A program made the translations under genes and the position numbers. A DNA stretch of 63,327 nt, the filler included. It is 4 parts of 4 records of this genome, joined end to end, with 100 filler letters (N's around TTAATTAATTAA, not from the genome) between each part and the next. Parts side by side here need not be neighbours in the genome. Positions count along the whole stretch, not along the records: positions 23,615 to 41,039 come from DRR378314_354; positions 41,140 to 57,534 come from DRR378314_358; 2 more parts are not named here. One strand, given 5' to 3'. The notes under the pieces are model-generated. The model did not search any database. It was given only the letters and a program-made list of their open reading frames with translations, and was not told the DNA's origin. Within the stretch, counting starts at the first letter, position 1. Every line of letters starts with the position of its first letter. This document shows positions 40,601 to 49,764 of the stretch, piece by piece.

Positions 40601-41011
40601 GACGGGCTCAAGCAGCGTCTCGGCGAAGCCTGCCAGGTCCACGCCGAGGACATCGGCCCCACCAAGGAGTGGGGTTTCCCCGTTTCGGATGCGGCCCGTC
40701 ACCGCTTCCCGGCCTACGGTGAAGCCATCCACCGTCACGATCAGGCCTTCGACCTGATACTGGTGGACGGCCGTTTCCGCGTCGCCTGCGTGCTGAATGC
40801 GATCCGTCATACCCTGAACGTCGCGGACCAACCCGGCGAGACGCGTCTGTTCATCCACGATTTCTGGAATCGGCCACATTATCACGCCGTGCTCGAGTTC
40901 CTGGTGGAAGAAGAGTCGGCGGAGACCGCCGGGGTATTTCGTATCGCCGAGGACATTGATCCCCAGCGAATCGCCGCGGTGCTGGAGGCTTATCGGTTCC
41001 AGCCGGCTTAG
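37622..41011 (+). CDS. TPR + GT41 (O-GlcNAc transferase/SPINDLY-like) glycosyltransferase with C-terminal methyltransferase-like domains; probable flagellin modifier
   Basis: TPR helices; HPVG, DILIDLSGHT, FGCLNNPAKIN, DPWPYSGGLTTCEAL.MGVPV; FkbM-like TLDSI...DWLVLD; YFEFGSGGST...DLILVDGRFR. Confidence 0.8.
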   Translation: MSVKTTPSATFSRIKHAYRQAWKGREFAKAEKQAVLMTRRHPNYAYSWRSLGAARVELKRPADALEALAEATRLEPNDDQGFYWLGSARFALKDWDQASRELQQCLALNPRHAAAHALLARVYSAQGRRERAMESIDTARSLDPDSPAILTQRINIFSAARRMEDVLADCQRLLELDSNNPSFYNLVAGKYCEMADFARGAHYFEEALKRRPDYLEAFSNRIFNAHYDPSLSHQDIAALIQRWRASFSPAQRPRRPEGGGREESRRLTVGLLSSGLRMHPVGQMITSALENLPEEGFRLTVYSTSDLKDALTARMRAITDQWHNVAGHPDASVEAFIRQDQVDILIDLSGHTDGNRLRLIAREPAPLIVKWVGGLVNTTGLDAIDYLISDSVETPPGCDADYLEKLVRMPDDYICYMPPEHAPPVGGLPAAENGYVTFGCLNNPAKINPQLIDEWARLLQEIPDSRLLLKSGQYSDATFRERLWSDFEAAGIERQRVMLEGPENHAAFLDTYNRIDIALDPWPYSGGLTTCEALLMGVPVITLPGPTFAGRHAASHLVNAGLPELVVDSWDAYRARARDLAGDLDNLATVRRHLRDTLMQSPVCDAPRFAAHLSAALRGIWQRYCRDLPPAALTFSQDGTGHFEDQALPVPEPILPSVTLAKAAARRENAGRFQFDFSGKIVALDNGGQLLATGAADSLLPLGAFELLVFDPLGEHAAQADGQRNGLQVFPQTTLGDGNPAVHYACLDPAFSATLRPAEDAGQGARVLTELPVNTVTLDSIEGLPSLDWLVLDHRNDSLATLRNGARALEQTLLIQATVCFGPGPENQPDLAGLCQWAGEHGFRLYRLDPVRHHSHLPEHLGPQRQASELRTAKALLLPVPSRLAELDQNRKTRLAFLLHTVYGIQDLAYALLSEVDETQAARYLADLNGDAPSPRTPDIPDAPFMSEAEKALFKKSLERAGRYFEFGSGGSTVWACQAGLTVHGVESDAAWVDGLKQRLGEACQVHAEDIGPTKEWGFPVSDAARHRFPAYGEAIHRHDQAFDLILVDGRFRVACVLNAIRHTLNVADQPGETRLFIHDFWNRPHYHAVLEFLVEEESAETAGVFRIAEDIDPQRIAAVLEAYRFQPA

Positions 41012-41039
41012 GGCTCCGGGATCCTGCGGGGCAACCTTT

Positions 41040-41139
41040 NNNNNNNNNNNNNNNNNNNNNNNNNNNNNNNNNNNNNNNNNNNNTTAATTAATTAANNNNN
41101 NNNNNNNNNNNNNNNNNNNNNNNNNNNNNNNNNNNNNNN
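41040..41139. other. Artificial contig spacer
   Basis: N44-TTAATTAATTAA-N44. Confidence 0.98.
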
Positions 41140-41376
41140 CCACCCCCAACCCGCAGGGCCCAACCGGATCAGGGCATGTTTCATGCCCGCAAGACGGACG
41201 GGAGCCCTGACAGCATGCACCGATACGGAGCGATCTGCAAAAAACAGCGCAAAAACCGCGGGCGCACCAGACAATCGGTATGAAATGCAACCCTTTGGCA
41301 AACTATTATCAGCCATTCTCCCATAGGTGGAACTAGACCTTTGCCGCATGGATCGCGCCATGAGGAGATTGATATC

Positions 41377-42648
41377 ATGACAGCTATTTTGCCGGGCCAA
41401 GACCCCCGGATCGCACAGATTTTTCAGGATATGGCCAGCAACAAACGCACCCTCAAGGATGCCGATGAGGTCGAACAGGCAGGCAAACGCGGTCAGGCGG
41501 CCATGCACACCGAGTATCAGATGCGGGCAGAGGATGGCATTACCGTCAAGGAAGGCATGGGCGTCGGCGATATCAACCTCACCGCCCAACGCTACCGCCA
41601 GCAGGCCGCGGACATGCGCGTCGCCATTGCCAAACTGCGTGATGAGGATCCCGACCACGCAGACTACGCCACCACCATCGCCATGCAGATCCTCGGGCAA
41701 GTCAGCACCGGCGACACGATGGCGGACACGATCCTGATGTCGATCGTGGGCGGTGACGCGACGGATGACACCTTCCTGAGCGCCAAATTCGCCATGCCGG
41801 ATGCGGTGGGCACCGCAGGCGCGGATGAGGTCTCCGTGGAAACCGACGGCATGATCTTTGGCGTCAAGACCGGCGACGGGGCCGATGTGGTCTCCCTCAG
41901 CGGCGCGCAGGTCTTTGACGTCAGCACCGACGCCACACCCACCATTGCCGTCACGGTTGCCGACACGGAAGGCTCCAAAACCTGGATGAGCACGCAAACC
42001 TTTGCCAACAATGACAGGCTGACCATTCAGGCCGAAACCGCGGGGTCCATCAGCACCGGTGGCGGCGATGACAGCCTCCGCATTGATGCGGATAACCTCT
42101 ACAGTGTCTCCGCCGGGGACGGGAACGACAGGCTGCGGATCTCAGCCGATTATGCAAAGGGCATCAATGCAGGCGCAGGCAATGATATCATCAGCTTACA
42201 CGCGACAATTGCCGAACGCATCAGCGGCGGCGACGGGGCCGATGCGATTGATGTCACAGCCGCGCGGGGCTCTGTGGATGGTGGTGAGGGCGACGACCTG
42301 ATCCGCATCTCCGCAACCGAGGCCGTCACAGTGAGCGGTGGACGTGGCAATGACATGATCGAAGTGCGCAATGGCGGTGGCACCGTCACCCTGTCGCGCA
42401 AGAACGGGGACGGCGATGATATTGCCATGCTGGCACCGGGGGCAAACCTGACCATCGCCTCTGCCGCGCCCACCAGCATCACCCGCGAAGGCGACAAACT
42501 GCTCCTGCGCTATGCCGATGGCGGCAGCCTCACCCTGAGCGGGATTGATCAGGCGGGAGAGATTTCCCTCGCCAATGCCCGCGGCGGTGATCCGGTACCC
42601 CTGCAAATTCCGCCGGCAGACGCCAATGGTGTTGATCTGAGGGTCTGA
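41377..42648 (+). CDS. Hypothetical protein with RTX-like calcium-binding (GxGxD) repeats
   Basis: TGGGDDSL, AGDGNDRL, AGAGNDII, GGDGADAI, GGEGDDLI, GGRGNDMI; GAGGAG RBS before ATG 41377. Confidence 0.75.
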   Translation: MTAILPGQDPRIAQIFQDMASNKRTLKDADEVEQAGKRGQAAMHTEYQMRAEDGITVKEGMGVGDINLTAQRYRQQAADMRVAIAKLRDEDPDHADYATTIAMQILGQVSTGDTMADTILMSIVGGDATDDTFLSAKFAMPDAVGTAGADEVSVETDGMIFGVKTGDGADVVSLSGAQVFDVSTDATPTIAVTVADTEGSKTWMSTQTFANNDRLTIQAETAGSISTGGGDDSLRIDADNLYSVSAGDGNDRLRISADYAKGINAGAGNDIISLHATIAERISGGDGADAIDVTAARGSVDGGEGDDLIRISATEAVTVSGGRGNDMIEVRNGGGTVTLSRKNGDGDDIAMLAPGANLTIASAAPTSITREGDKLLLRYADGGSLTLSGIDQAGEISLANARGGDPVPLQIPPADANGVDLRV

Positions 42649-42776
42649 CGTTCGGATCTGACAGAGGCCACGGTTGCCGCGCCTTCAGATACCCCCCGGA
42701 AGACATGAGTATTGGTAGGTACCCAGTGGGCGCACTCGCGCATCGGGGTGCGCGCCCTTCACCGGCGCTGCGCGTA

Positions 42777-43553
42777 TCACTCAAACAAAGACATCTGATC
42801 TGGATGCGGCTGCGTAGGTGTCGCAGGGCTGTCCGCACGGACTGCATCAACCAACGCGCGGAGGTCTCTGGCCAAGTCCGGGCACAGCCCTTGCAGACGC
42901 GCGGCCTCCTGCGATGCAAAACTGATTTCGCGCGCGCTCATGTGAAACGGCACGTCCTCATCTGCCTCCAAGGTTTCGAGCATCTCTTCGATTGACCAGC
43001 CATCAGACAGAAACCCGAGTGCCCGCTCAAAATTCTCGTGCTCGGGATGCGCCCAAGCGATAACCCCGCGCAAGTAGTGGGCAGCCTGCGCGCGATCTGC
43101 GCCCTCGATCAACGAGTTCAACGCACGACAAACCTGCACGGCCCATGGTTCGATCCAAACCACCAGAGCCTCAAACAGCGCATCCGCAGGCGGGATCATC
43201 GCGGGTGGTGTCGAGACATGCCAATGACCCAGATCCGCCGCCGAGAGCGGCAATCCTTCGTAGCCGCAGTAGCTTGCAGGCGCACGTTTGGCCAAGGCGA
43301 GAAGATGGGCGAAAAAATCAAAGAGCGGTGCCACCGCATCCTCATAGCGACCTGCGATCTGCCAGAGCCACGGCAGTGCCGCCCAAGTGGCCGGGTAGAG
43401 CGATTCCTGATGATACAGGCGATCCCACAGCAACGTATTGCACAACTCCGGGTCCCATTGCTCCAGGAGGCTGGAAAGAGGTCCCCGCACATCCTCCACG
43501 CCGTAAGCGCCAGGCAAATGGTCCCAAAGCGGATCGTCAAGTGAAAATTGCAT
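42777..43553 (-). CDS. Hypothetical helical protein (W..L..AYG...LW..LYHQ..LY.AT..A.P motif) ending in QMSLFE
   Basis: Clean 258-aa ORF co-oriented with and downstream of proS; protein-like composition. Confidence 0.7.
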   Translation of the reverse strand: MQFSLDDPLWDHLPGAYGVEDVRGPLSSLLEQWDPELCNTLLWDRLYHQESLYPATWAALPWLWQIAGRYEDAVAPLFDFFAHLLALAKRAPASYCGYEGLPLSAADLGHWHVSTPPAMIPPADALFEALVVWIEPWAVQVCRALNSLIEGADRAQAAHYLRGVIAWAHPEHENFERALGFLSDGWSIEEMLETLEADEDVPFHMSAREISFASQEAARLQGLCPDLARDLRALVDAVRADSPATPTQPHPDQMSLFE

Positions 43554-43606
43554 CGTGGTAATATCCGAACTGTAATCTGGCCGAAGTGTTACACAACGTG
43601 CGGCAT

Positions 43607-43646
43607 AGAAAAACCCCGCCCGACGGGTCTGTCGGACGGGGTTCTC
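43607..43646 (-). terminator. Intrinsic terminator after proS
   Basis: Minus strand AACCCCGTCCGACAG-AC-CCGTCGGGCGGGGTT followed by TTT. Confidence 0.8.
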
Positions 43647-43667
43647 AATTCTGTGGTGCCGGTGGCT

Positions 43668-45023
43668 TCAGAAGCCGCGGGGCGTGGGGTGGTTGGCGTA
43701 GATCGCGGCGATTTTCTTCACTGCCTCTTCCGGGCTCATCTCTTCGCTTTCGCCGCTGCGGCGCGAGGTCAGTTCGACCACGCCGTTCTTCAGGCCGCGC
43801 GGGCCGACGGTGATGCGCCATGGCAGACCGATCAGATCCATGCTGGCAAACTTGCCGCCTGCCCGTTCCTTGCGATCATCATAGAGCGGCTCCAGACCAA
43901 TGCCGGTGAGGGCAGCATAGAGCTGCTCGCAGGCCGCGTCGGCCTCATCGTCGCCCTGCTTGAGGTTCACGATCCCGCAGTGGAAGGGGGTGACACCCTC
44001 GGGCCAGATGATGCCCTTGTCGTCGTGGCTGGCCTCGATAATGGCGCCGAGAAGACGCGAGACGCCAATCCCGTGAGAGCCCATGTGCACCGGCACGCTG
44101 TCGCCCTCGGCGGTCTGTACCGTGGCGCCTAGCGCCTCGGAGTATTTGGTGCCAAAGTAGAAGATCTGGCCGACCTCGATGCCACGGGCAACGCGGCGAC
44201 GATCCTCGGGGACCTCGTTGAACAGGGTCTCTTCGTGGGTCTCGTCGGTGCGGGCATAACGCGAGGTGAACTCCTCCAGCACCGCCTGGCACTCCGCCAC
44301 GTCATCATAGTTGATCTCGCGGTCGCCGAATTTCAGATCGGTGATCTCGCTGTCATAGAAGACCTCGGATTCGCCGGTCTCGGCCAGCACCAGGAATTCG
44401 TGGGTGTAGTCGCCACCGATCGGGCCTCCATCGGCACGCATCGGGATCGCCTGCAGGCCCATGCGCTCGTAGGTGCGCAGGTAGGTGACCAGATGGCGGT
44501 TGTAGGCGTGCAGCGCGTCCTCTTTGGTGAGGTCGAAGTTGTAGCCGTCCTTCATGTAGAATTCACGCCCCCGCATCACGCCAAAGCGCGGCCGGATCTC
44601 ATCGCGGAACTTCCACTGGATCTGATACATCGTCAGCGGCAGGTCCTTGTAGCTGGACACATTGGCGCGGAAGACATCGGTGATCAGCTCTTCGGCGGTG
44701 GGGGTGAACAGCATGTCGCGGTCGTGACGGTCCCGAATGCGCAGCATCTCCTCCCCGTAGGCGTCATAGCGCCCGGACTCGCGCCACAGGTCGGCGGACT
44801 GGATGGTGGGCATCAGCATCGGGATGTGCCCTGCGCGCATCTGCTCTTCGTGCACGATGCCTTCGATCTTCTTCAGCACGCGGTAGCCCAGCGGCAGCCA
44901 GGTGTAGATCCCCGCCGCGGACTGTTTGATCATGCCGGCGCGCAGCATGTAACGGTGGCTGACGACCTGGGCCTCGGAGGGGGTTTCCTTGAGGACAGGC
45001 AGGAAATAGCGGGACAGGCGCAT
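43668..45023 (-). CDS. proS: Proline--tRNA ligase (short alphaproteobacterial form, no editing insertion)
   Basis: [56 protein letters not shown]. Confidence 0.97.
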   Translation of the reverse strand: MRLSRYFLPVLKETPSEAQVVSHRYMLRAGMIKQSAAGIYTWLPLGYRVLKKIEGIVHEEQMRAGHIPMLMPTIQSADLWRESGRYDAYGEEMLRIRDRHDRDMLFTPTAEELITDVFRANVSSYKDLPLTMYQIQWKFRDEIRPRFGVMRGREFYMKDGYNFDLTKEDALHAYNRHLVTYLRTYERMGLQAIPMRADGGPIGGDYTHEFLVLAETGESEVFYDSEITDLKFGDREINYDDVAECQAVLEEFTSRYARTDETHEETLFNEVPEDRRRVARGIEVGQIFYFGTKYSEALGATVQTAEGDSVPVHMGSHGIGVSRLLGAIIEASHDDKGIIWPEGVTPFHCGIVNLKQGDDEADAACEQLYAALTGIGLEPLYDDRKERAGGKFASMDLIGLPWRITVGPRGLKNGVVELTSRRSGESEEMSPEEAVKKIAAIYANHPTPRGF

Positions 45024-45941
45024 AATGGCTCCATGCGGTGAGAGGTGTTTTGCCCGGTGTAGTGGCTGGAACCCGCGTGGACAAGAGTTGAGATGCCTGC
45101 AGGGGCTCGTGCCCTGCAGCCCCCTGCAGCAACACGAGGAGGACGATCCGACCGGCGCGGGCGAAAGGCCGTCACGGGGGCGGGCGGGCGGGAAAGCGCC
45201 ACCTCAAGCGCTCATCCGCCCTGCAATCGAATGCACGCAATGGTAATTTTATCGCTCCCTTGCGTGCAAATTTCCCCAGTTGAAATCCCCAGCTTCGACA
45301 ATTGTATATTGTTGCAAGTCTAAACATCTCGCAATTCAAGGGACAATGTGGATCACCCTCTTGTCCCGTGCAGTCGAACACTGTGCCCAATGCCTTTGGT
45401 GTTCCCTGTTGCAGACCTGGCGATCACTGCACCGCGGCGGAGCTGATCGAAGGTTGGAGGCCGGCATCGCACTGCAATGGAGACGACAGACCTGGCATTG
45501 CCGAAGCAGGTCATGTCCGCGACCGCCGGAATTCAGTGTGATTCCCCTGCCCTCGCCGTCCTCAGTTCCAGAGGACGTTGCCGAATCTCCGGATCGGCGC
45601 GGGTGCGGATCACGTCTTGCTACCTCCCGGATCAGCGAGATCGCGCGCGTCCCCGAAGGTGGGGGTCCTGATCGGATCACGTCCACCGCAAGAGGTTGCC
45701 CCCCATCAACACCCGCATACAAAGCGGATAAACAGTGGCCCACTCACCATTTTTGGTGAGGCCGGTTTTGGCCGGTTTCCGAGAGCAGGACTTCGCTCTA
45801 CAGAAATGCATTTAATTCAATATAGTTTTTTGACACATTGTCGTCGAATGCGCGTATTCAATGAATGGAATTTCGGCACAATAGTTGTGCTCCCGTCGAT
45901 TTTCGGGCCAGTCCCTTACCGTGTTAAAAGATGTGTTGTTT

Positions 45942-47675
45942 ATGAACCAAGCTGCCAAATTCACACCCGACTCCTATGATGTGCAACTGCGTGAACTCGG
46001 ACTGGTGAAACATGAACGCGAAGCCGATTTCGACAATCTCACCACGCTTGCCACCCGGGTTCTAAAGGCCCCCAGCGCACTGGTTTCGGTGGTGCAGCGC
46101 AGCCTCGACCGGCAATTCTTCAAGAGCTGCATCGGCCTGCCGGAGCTGGCGAGCGAACTGCGCCAGACCCCGCTGTCCCATTCGTTCTGCCAATTTGTAC
46201 AGGCCACCAACCAACCGCTGGTGGTTGACGACAGCCGCATCGACGCCCAGCTCCGCGACAATGCGGCCGTGGTGGATCTGGGCATGGTCGCCTATCTCGG
46301 CGTGCCGATCCACCTGCCGGACGGCAAACCGATCGGGGCGCTCTGCGTCATCGACAGGGTTCCGCGACGATGGAGCAAAGAGGATCTGACGACCCTCCGG
46401 CAGCTTGCCCGCAACATCGACGATCTGATCGCCCTGAAACGCGCGCGCGACATCGCACAGGATGCGGAAGCCAACGCCCTGCGGGAAGCCGAAGCGCGCA
46501 AAGCCTTTCTGGCGCATATGAGTCACGAGATCCGTACACCGCTGAACGGCATCATCGGATCCGTCGACCTGCTGATGCGCAGCGGCAGAGGGCCGCAGCA
46601 GAGACCTCAGGATCAGACCGACCTGCTGCACACCGTCAACCGCTCGGCCCAGAGCCTGCAGCGTCTGCTGAACGACGCCCTCGACATTGCCAAGATCGAC
46701 GCAGGAAAGCTGGAGCTGGCCACGGCACCGTTTGACCTGCACGAGGTCGTCAACGACGCGATCAAGCTGTTCTCGGCCAAGGCCAATCACAAGGGCCTGA
46801 ACCTCAGTCATTGTTTCAGCGGCATCGCACCGGGTGAACAGCGCCATGGCGACGCGTTTCGACTGAGCCAGATCCTCAGCAACCTGCTGAGCAACGCGAT
46901 CAAGTTCACGGATCAGGGCACTGTCAACCTGTGTGTGCACGGCACCCCGGACGCCCTGCACATTACCCTGTGTGACAGCGGCTGTGGTATCGCCCCCGAA
47001 CATCTTGATGAAATGTTCCAGCCCTTCTTGCAGGCGGATGCCAGCGTCGCGCGCGAACGCGGAGGCACCGGTCTCGGTATGGCCATCGTGCAGCAGCTGG
47101 TGGATCTGATGGACGGGCGCATCCGGGCCGAAAGCACCCCCGGCGAGGGCACCACATTCCGCATGCGACTGCCGCTGCCCGTAACACAGACCGAGCCGGA
47201 GCCCCGGCATGCCTCGCAGGTGGACGTCCGCCCCGGCGACGCGCCAGCACCTCCAGTGCGGCCCTTGTTGGGCAAACGTATTCTTGTGGCGGATGACAGC
47301 CCCAGCAACCGATTGGTCCTCCAGAAGATGCTGGAGAACCTCGGGGCCAGCGTCGACAAGGCCTTTGACGGCGGGGACGCCTTTGGCCGTGCAGTGACCA
47401 CACATTATGATGTTTTGTTGCTGGACATCCAGATGCCGGGACATGATGGCATTGAAGTGGTGCGCAAACTGCGCGCGCACCCACGCCATCTGGCACATGC
47501 GGCGCTCTGCGTGGCCGTGACCGGCAACACCCGATGCGATCAGGTCGCGACATATATCGATGCGGGATTTGACGCCTGGCTGGGCAAGCCATTGCGTCAG
47601 GCGGATCTGATGCGGGTTTTGTCACCCCTTATGAGTGATGAGGGCCGAAAGATCGACGGTCACGCCGCAGAATAG
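45942..47675 (+). CDS. Soluble hybrid sensor histidine kinase (GAF-HisKA-HATPase-REC)
   Basis: GAF (YLGVPI...IGALCVID..PR.W); MSHEIRTPLNG; NLLSNAIKFT, DSGCGI, GGTGLG; receiver ADD...LLDIQMP...KP; no TM segment. Confidence 0.9.
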   Translation: MNQAAKFTPDSYDVQLRELGLVKHEREADFDNLTTLATRVLKAPSALVSVVQRSLDRQFFKSCIGLPELASELRQTPLSHSFCQFVQATNQPLVVDDSRIDAQLRDNAAVVDLGMVAYLGVPIHLPDGKPIGALCVIDRVPRRWSKEDLTTLRQLARNIDDLIALKRARDIAQDAEANALREAEARKAFLAHMSHEIRTPLNGIIGSVDLLMRSGRGPQQRPQDQTDLLHTVNRSAQSLQRLLNDALDIAKIDAGKLELATAPFDLHEVVNDAIKLFSAKANHKGLNLSHCFSGIAPGEQRHGDAFRLSQILSNLLSNAIKFTDQGTVNLCVHGTPDALHITLCDSGCGIAPEHLDEMFQPFLQADASVARERGGTGLGMAIVQQLVDLMDGRIRAESTPGEGTTFRMRLPLPVTQTEPEPRHASQVDVRPGDAPAPPVRPLLGKRILVADDSPSNRLVLQKMLENLGASVDKAFDGGDAFGRAVTTHYDVLLLDIQMPGHDGIEVVRKLRAHPRHLAHAALCVAVTGNTRCDQVATYIDAGFDAWLGKPLRQADLMRVLSPLMSDEGRKIDGHAAE

Positions 47676-47791
47676 CCAGCGCTGCCGCATCGCGGCATAC
47701 GGCAGAGACCGGCGCAACTCTCTCTTGCAACTGCACCTGCCATGGGCGATCACATAGGCATCGGTGAACAGCCAAACGAGGATGCCGGATC

Positions 47792-48934
47792 ATGGCACTG
47801 CCCGCGCGCAAACAACTGAAATACTGGGGCCTTGCCGCAGTCCTCTTCGCCGTGGTGATGTGGGCGCTTGGCAATGTGCTGCTGCCCTTCATTCTCGGCG
47901 GTGCCATCGCCTATATCATCGACCCCCTCGCCGACCGGCTGGAACGGGCGGGGTTGAGCCGGGAAGGTGCTACCGCGGTGATCACTGTTGCTGCGGTCCT
48001 GATCTTCCTGATCATGCTGCTGCTCATCGTGCCTATGCTGGTGAACCAGATGATCGATCTGGTGCAAACCCTGCCACAGGCCTTGTCCAATCTGCGCGAC
48101 TTTGCCCAGGATCGTTTCCCGGATCTGTTCGAGGAAAACAGCCGCGTGCGCGAGGCACTCGCGGGATTGTGGACAATCCTGCAGGACAAGAGCGTCAGCC
48201 TATTGCAGACCTTTGTCGGTTCGGCGCTGTCCCTCTTGAACGTGGTGGTGCTGATCGTGATCGTGCCGGTGGTCTCCGTCTACCTGCTGGTGGACTGGGA
48301 CCGGATGGTCGCGCGCATCGACGCCTTGCTGCCCCGCGACCATGCACCGGTGGTGCGTCGTCTGGCGAGCGACATCGACGATGTGCTGTCCTCCTTCATC
48401 CGCGGCATGGGTATGGTCTGCGTGATCCTCGGCACCTATTACGCGGTGGCGCTGATGATGGTGGGGCTGAACTTTGGTCTTGCGGTGGGTTTTGTCGCCG
48501 GGCTGGTAACCTTCATTCCCTATCTTGGTGCGATCTTTGGCGGTGTGCTGGCAATCGGCCTGGCGCTGTTCCAGTTCTGGGGCGCGCTTGAAGGCGCGGA
48601 TGGCGAGATGATCCGTCAGGGCACCGACTGGATCCGCATCGCGCTGGTCGCGGGGATCTTCATGATCGGCCAGGCCGTCGAGGGCAATTTCCTGACCCCG
48701 AAGCTGGTCGGCAATTCCGTTGGGCTGCACCCGGTGTGGCTCCTGCTGGCGCTGTCGGTCTTTGGTGCGCTGTTCGGCTTTGTCGGCATGTTGATCGCGG
48801 TGCCGGTGGCGGCGGTCATCGGGGTGGTTGCACGTTTTGCCGTGGAGCAGTATCTCGACAGTCGACTCTATCAGGGCCAAAGCCATCGGGATGCTGCGAC
48901 CCTTTCCGTGGACGAGCCGCGCTCCGACATTTGA
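47792..48934 (+). CDS. AI-2E (PerM) family membrane transporter
   Basis: Multiple TM helices; FIPYLG, EGNFLTPKLVG.SVGLHP, FGFVGML.AVP. Confidence 0.9.
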   Translation: MALPARKQLKYWGLAAVLFAVVMWALGNVLLPFILGGAIAYIIDPLADRLERAGLSREGATAVITVAAVLIFLIMLLLIVPMLVNQMIDLVQTLPQALSNLRDFAQDRFPDLFEENSRVREALAGLWTILQDKSVSLLQTFVGSALSLLNVVVLIVIVPVVSVYLLVDWDRMVARIDALLPRDHAPVVRRLASDIDDVLSSFIRGMGMVCVILGTYYAVALMMVGLNFGLAVGFVAGLVTFIPYLGAIFGGVLAIGLALFQFWGALEGADGEMIRQGTDWIRIALVAGIFMIGQAVEGNFLTPKLVGNSVGLHPVWLLLALSVFGALFGFVGMLIAVPVAAVIGVVARFAVEQYLDSRLYQGQSHRDAATLSVDEPRSDI

Positions 48935-48968
48935 TCCAGACACCAGGCACAGAACAAGCAGACTGACG

Positions 48969-49655
48969 ATGTCCGAACAGCTGAGCTTTGATCTCCCGGC
49001 GAAACCGGCGCTGGGGCGGGATGATTTCTTCGTGGCGCCGTCGAACGCGATGGCCGTGGCGCTGATCGACCCCGCCTTTGCCTGGCCCTCGGGCAAACTG
49101 GTGCTGAGCGGGCCGAAGGGATCGGGCAAGACCCACCTTGCCCATGTCTGGGCCAAGGAAAGCGGCGCCAGAGTGGTGCCCGCGCAGACCCTGAGCGAAG
49201 CCGATGTGCCCATGCTGGCAAGCGGCCCCGTCGCCATCGAGGACGTGCCGGAGATCGCCGAGGACGCGCTGGCACAGAAGGCGCTGTTTCACCTGCACAA
49301 CATGGTGCTGACCCATGGCCACCGTCTGATGCTGACCGGGCGCCCGGCGCCGAACCTCTGGGGCCTTGGCCTTGCCGATCTGCAAAGCCGGGTGCAGGCC
49401 GCCACCCATGCCGCGATGGATGCACCGGATGACGCACTGCTGGCGGTGGTTCTGGCCAAACTGTTCAACGACCGTCAAATCACCCCGAAACCTGACGTGA
49501 TCCCCTATCTGGTGGGGCGTATGGACCGCAGCTTTGCCGCCGCACAGGCGGTGGTGGATCAGCTCGACCGGCTGGCGCTGGCGGAACAGCGCACCCTGAG
49601 CCGCGCCCTGGCCATCCGCATGATGGCCAACGACCGAGAGCGCGAAGACGGATGA
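48969..49655 (+). CDS. hdaA: DnaA regulatory inactivator HdaA
   Basis: N-terminal clamp motif QLSFDL, Walker A GPKGSGKTHL, LFHLHN, DLQSR; follows a perM-like gene. Confidence 0.88.
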   Translation: MSEQLSFDLPAKPALGRDDFFVAPSNAMAVALIDPAFAWPSGKLVLSGPKGSGKTHLAHVWAKESGARVVPAQTLSEADVPMLASGPVAIEDVPEIAEDALAQKALFHLHNMVLTHGHRLMLTGRPAPNLWGLGLADLQSRVQAATHAAMDAPDDALLAVVLAKLFNDRQITPKPDVIPYLVGRMDRSFAAAQAVVDQLDRLALAEQRTLSRALAIRMMANDREREDG

Positions 49656-49764
49656 GACGCCCCGTGACAGGATATCGCCTGCGCCCCGGATCCCGCCGCT
49701 GCCGAATTGACCTGATCGCCCTGATAGACCATCCTTCCCACAGCCAAAACGCCCCGGAGTCTGC

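Noticed and set aside
24368..40885. Long alternative-frame ORFs such as 28357-29223, 30975-32150, 32077-33813, 34635-35846, 36301-37488 and 39719-40885
   Set aside because: Antisense shadows of well-supported genes in high-GC DNA with few stop codons; no motifs
18189..41011. A single adhesion-motility super-locus joining csu pili and flagellar genes
   Set aside because: The two parts are separated by an artificial spacer and differ in base composition, so adjacency is not biological
45280..45759. Cys/Arg-rich ORFs in the proS-kinase spacer
   Set aside because: Several mutually overlapping frames with unnatural composition and no recognisable domain; none can be supported
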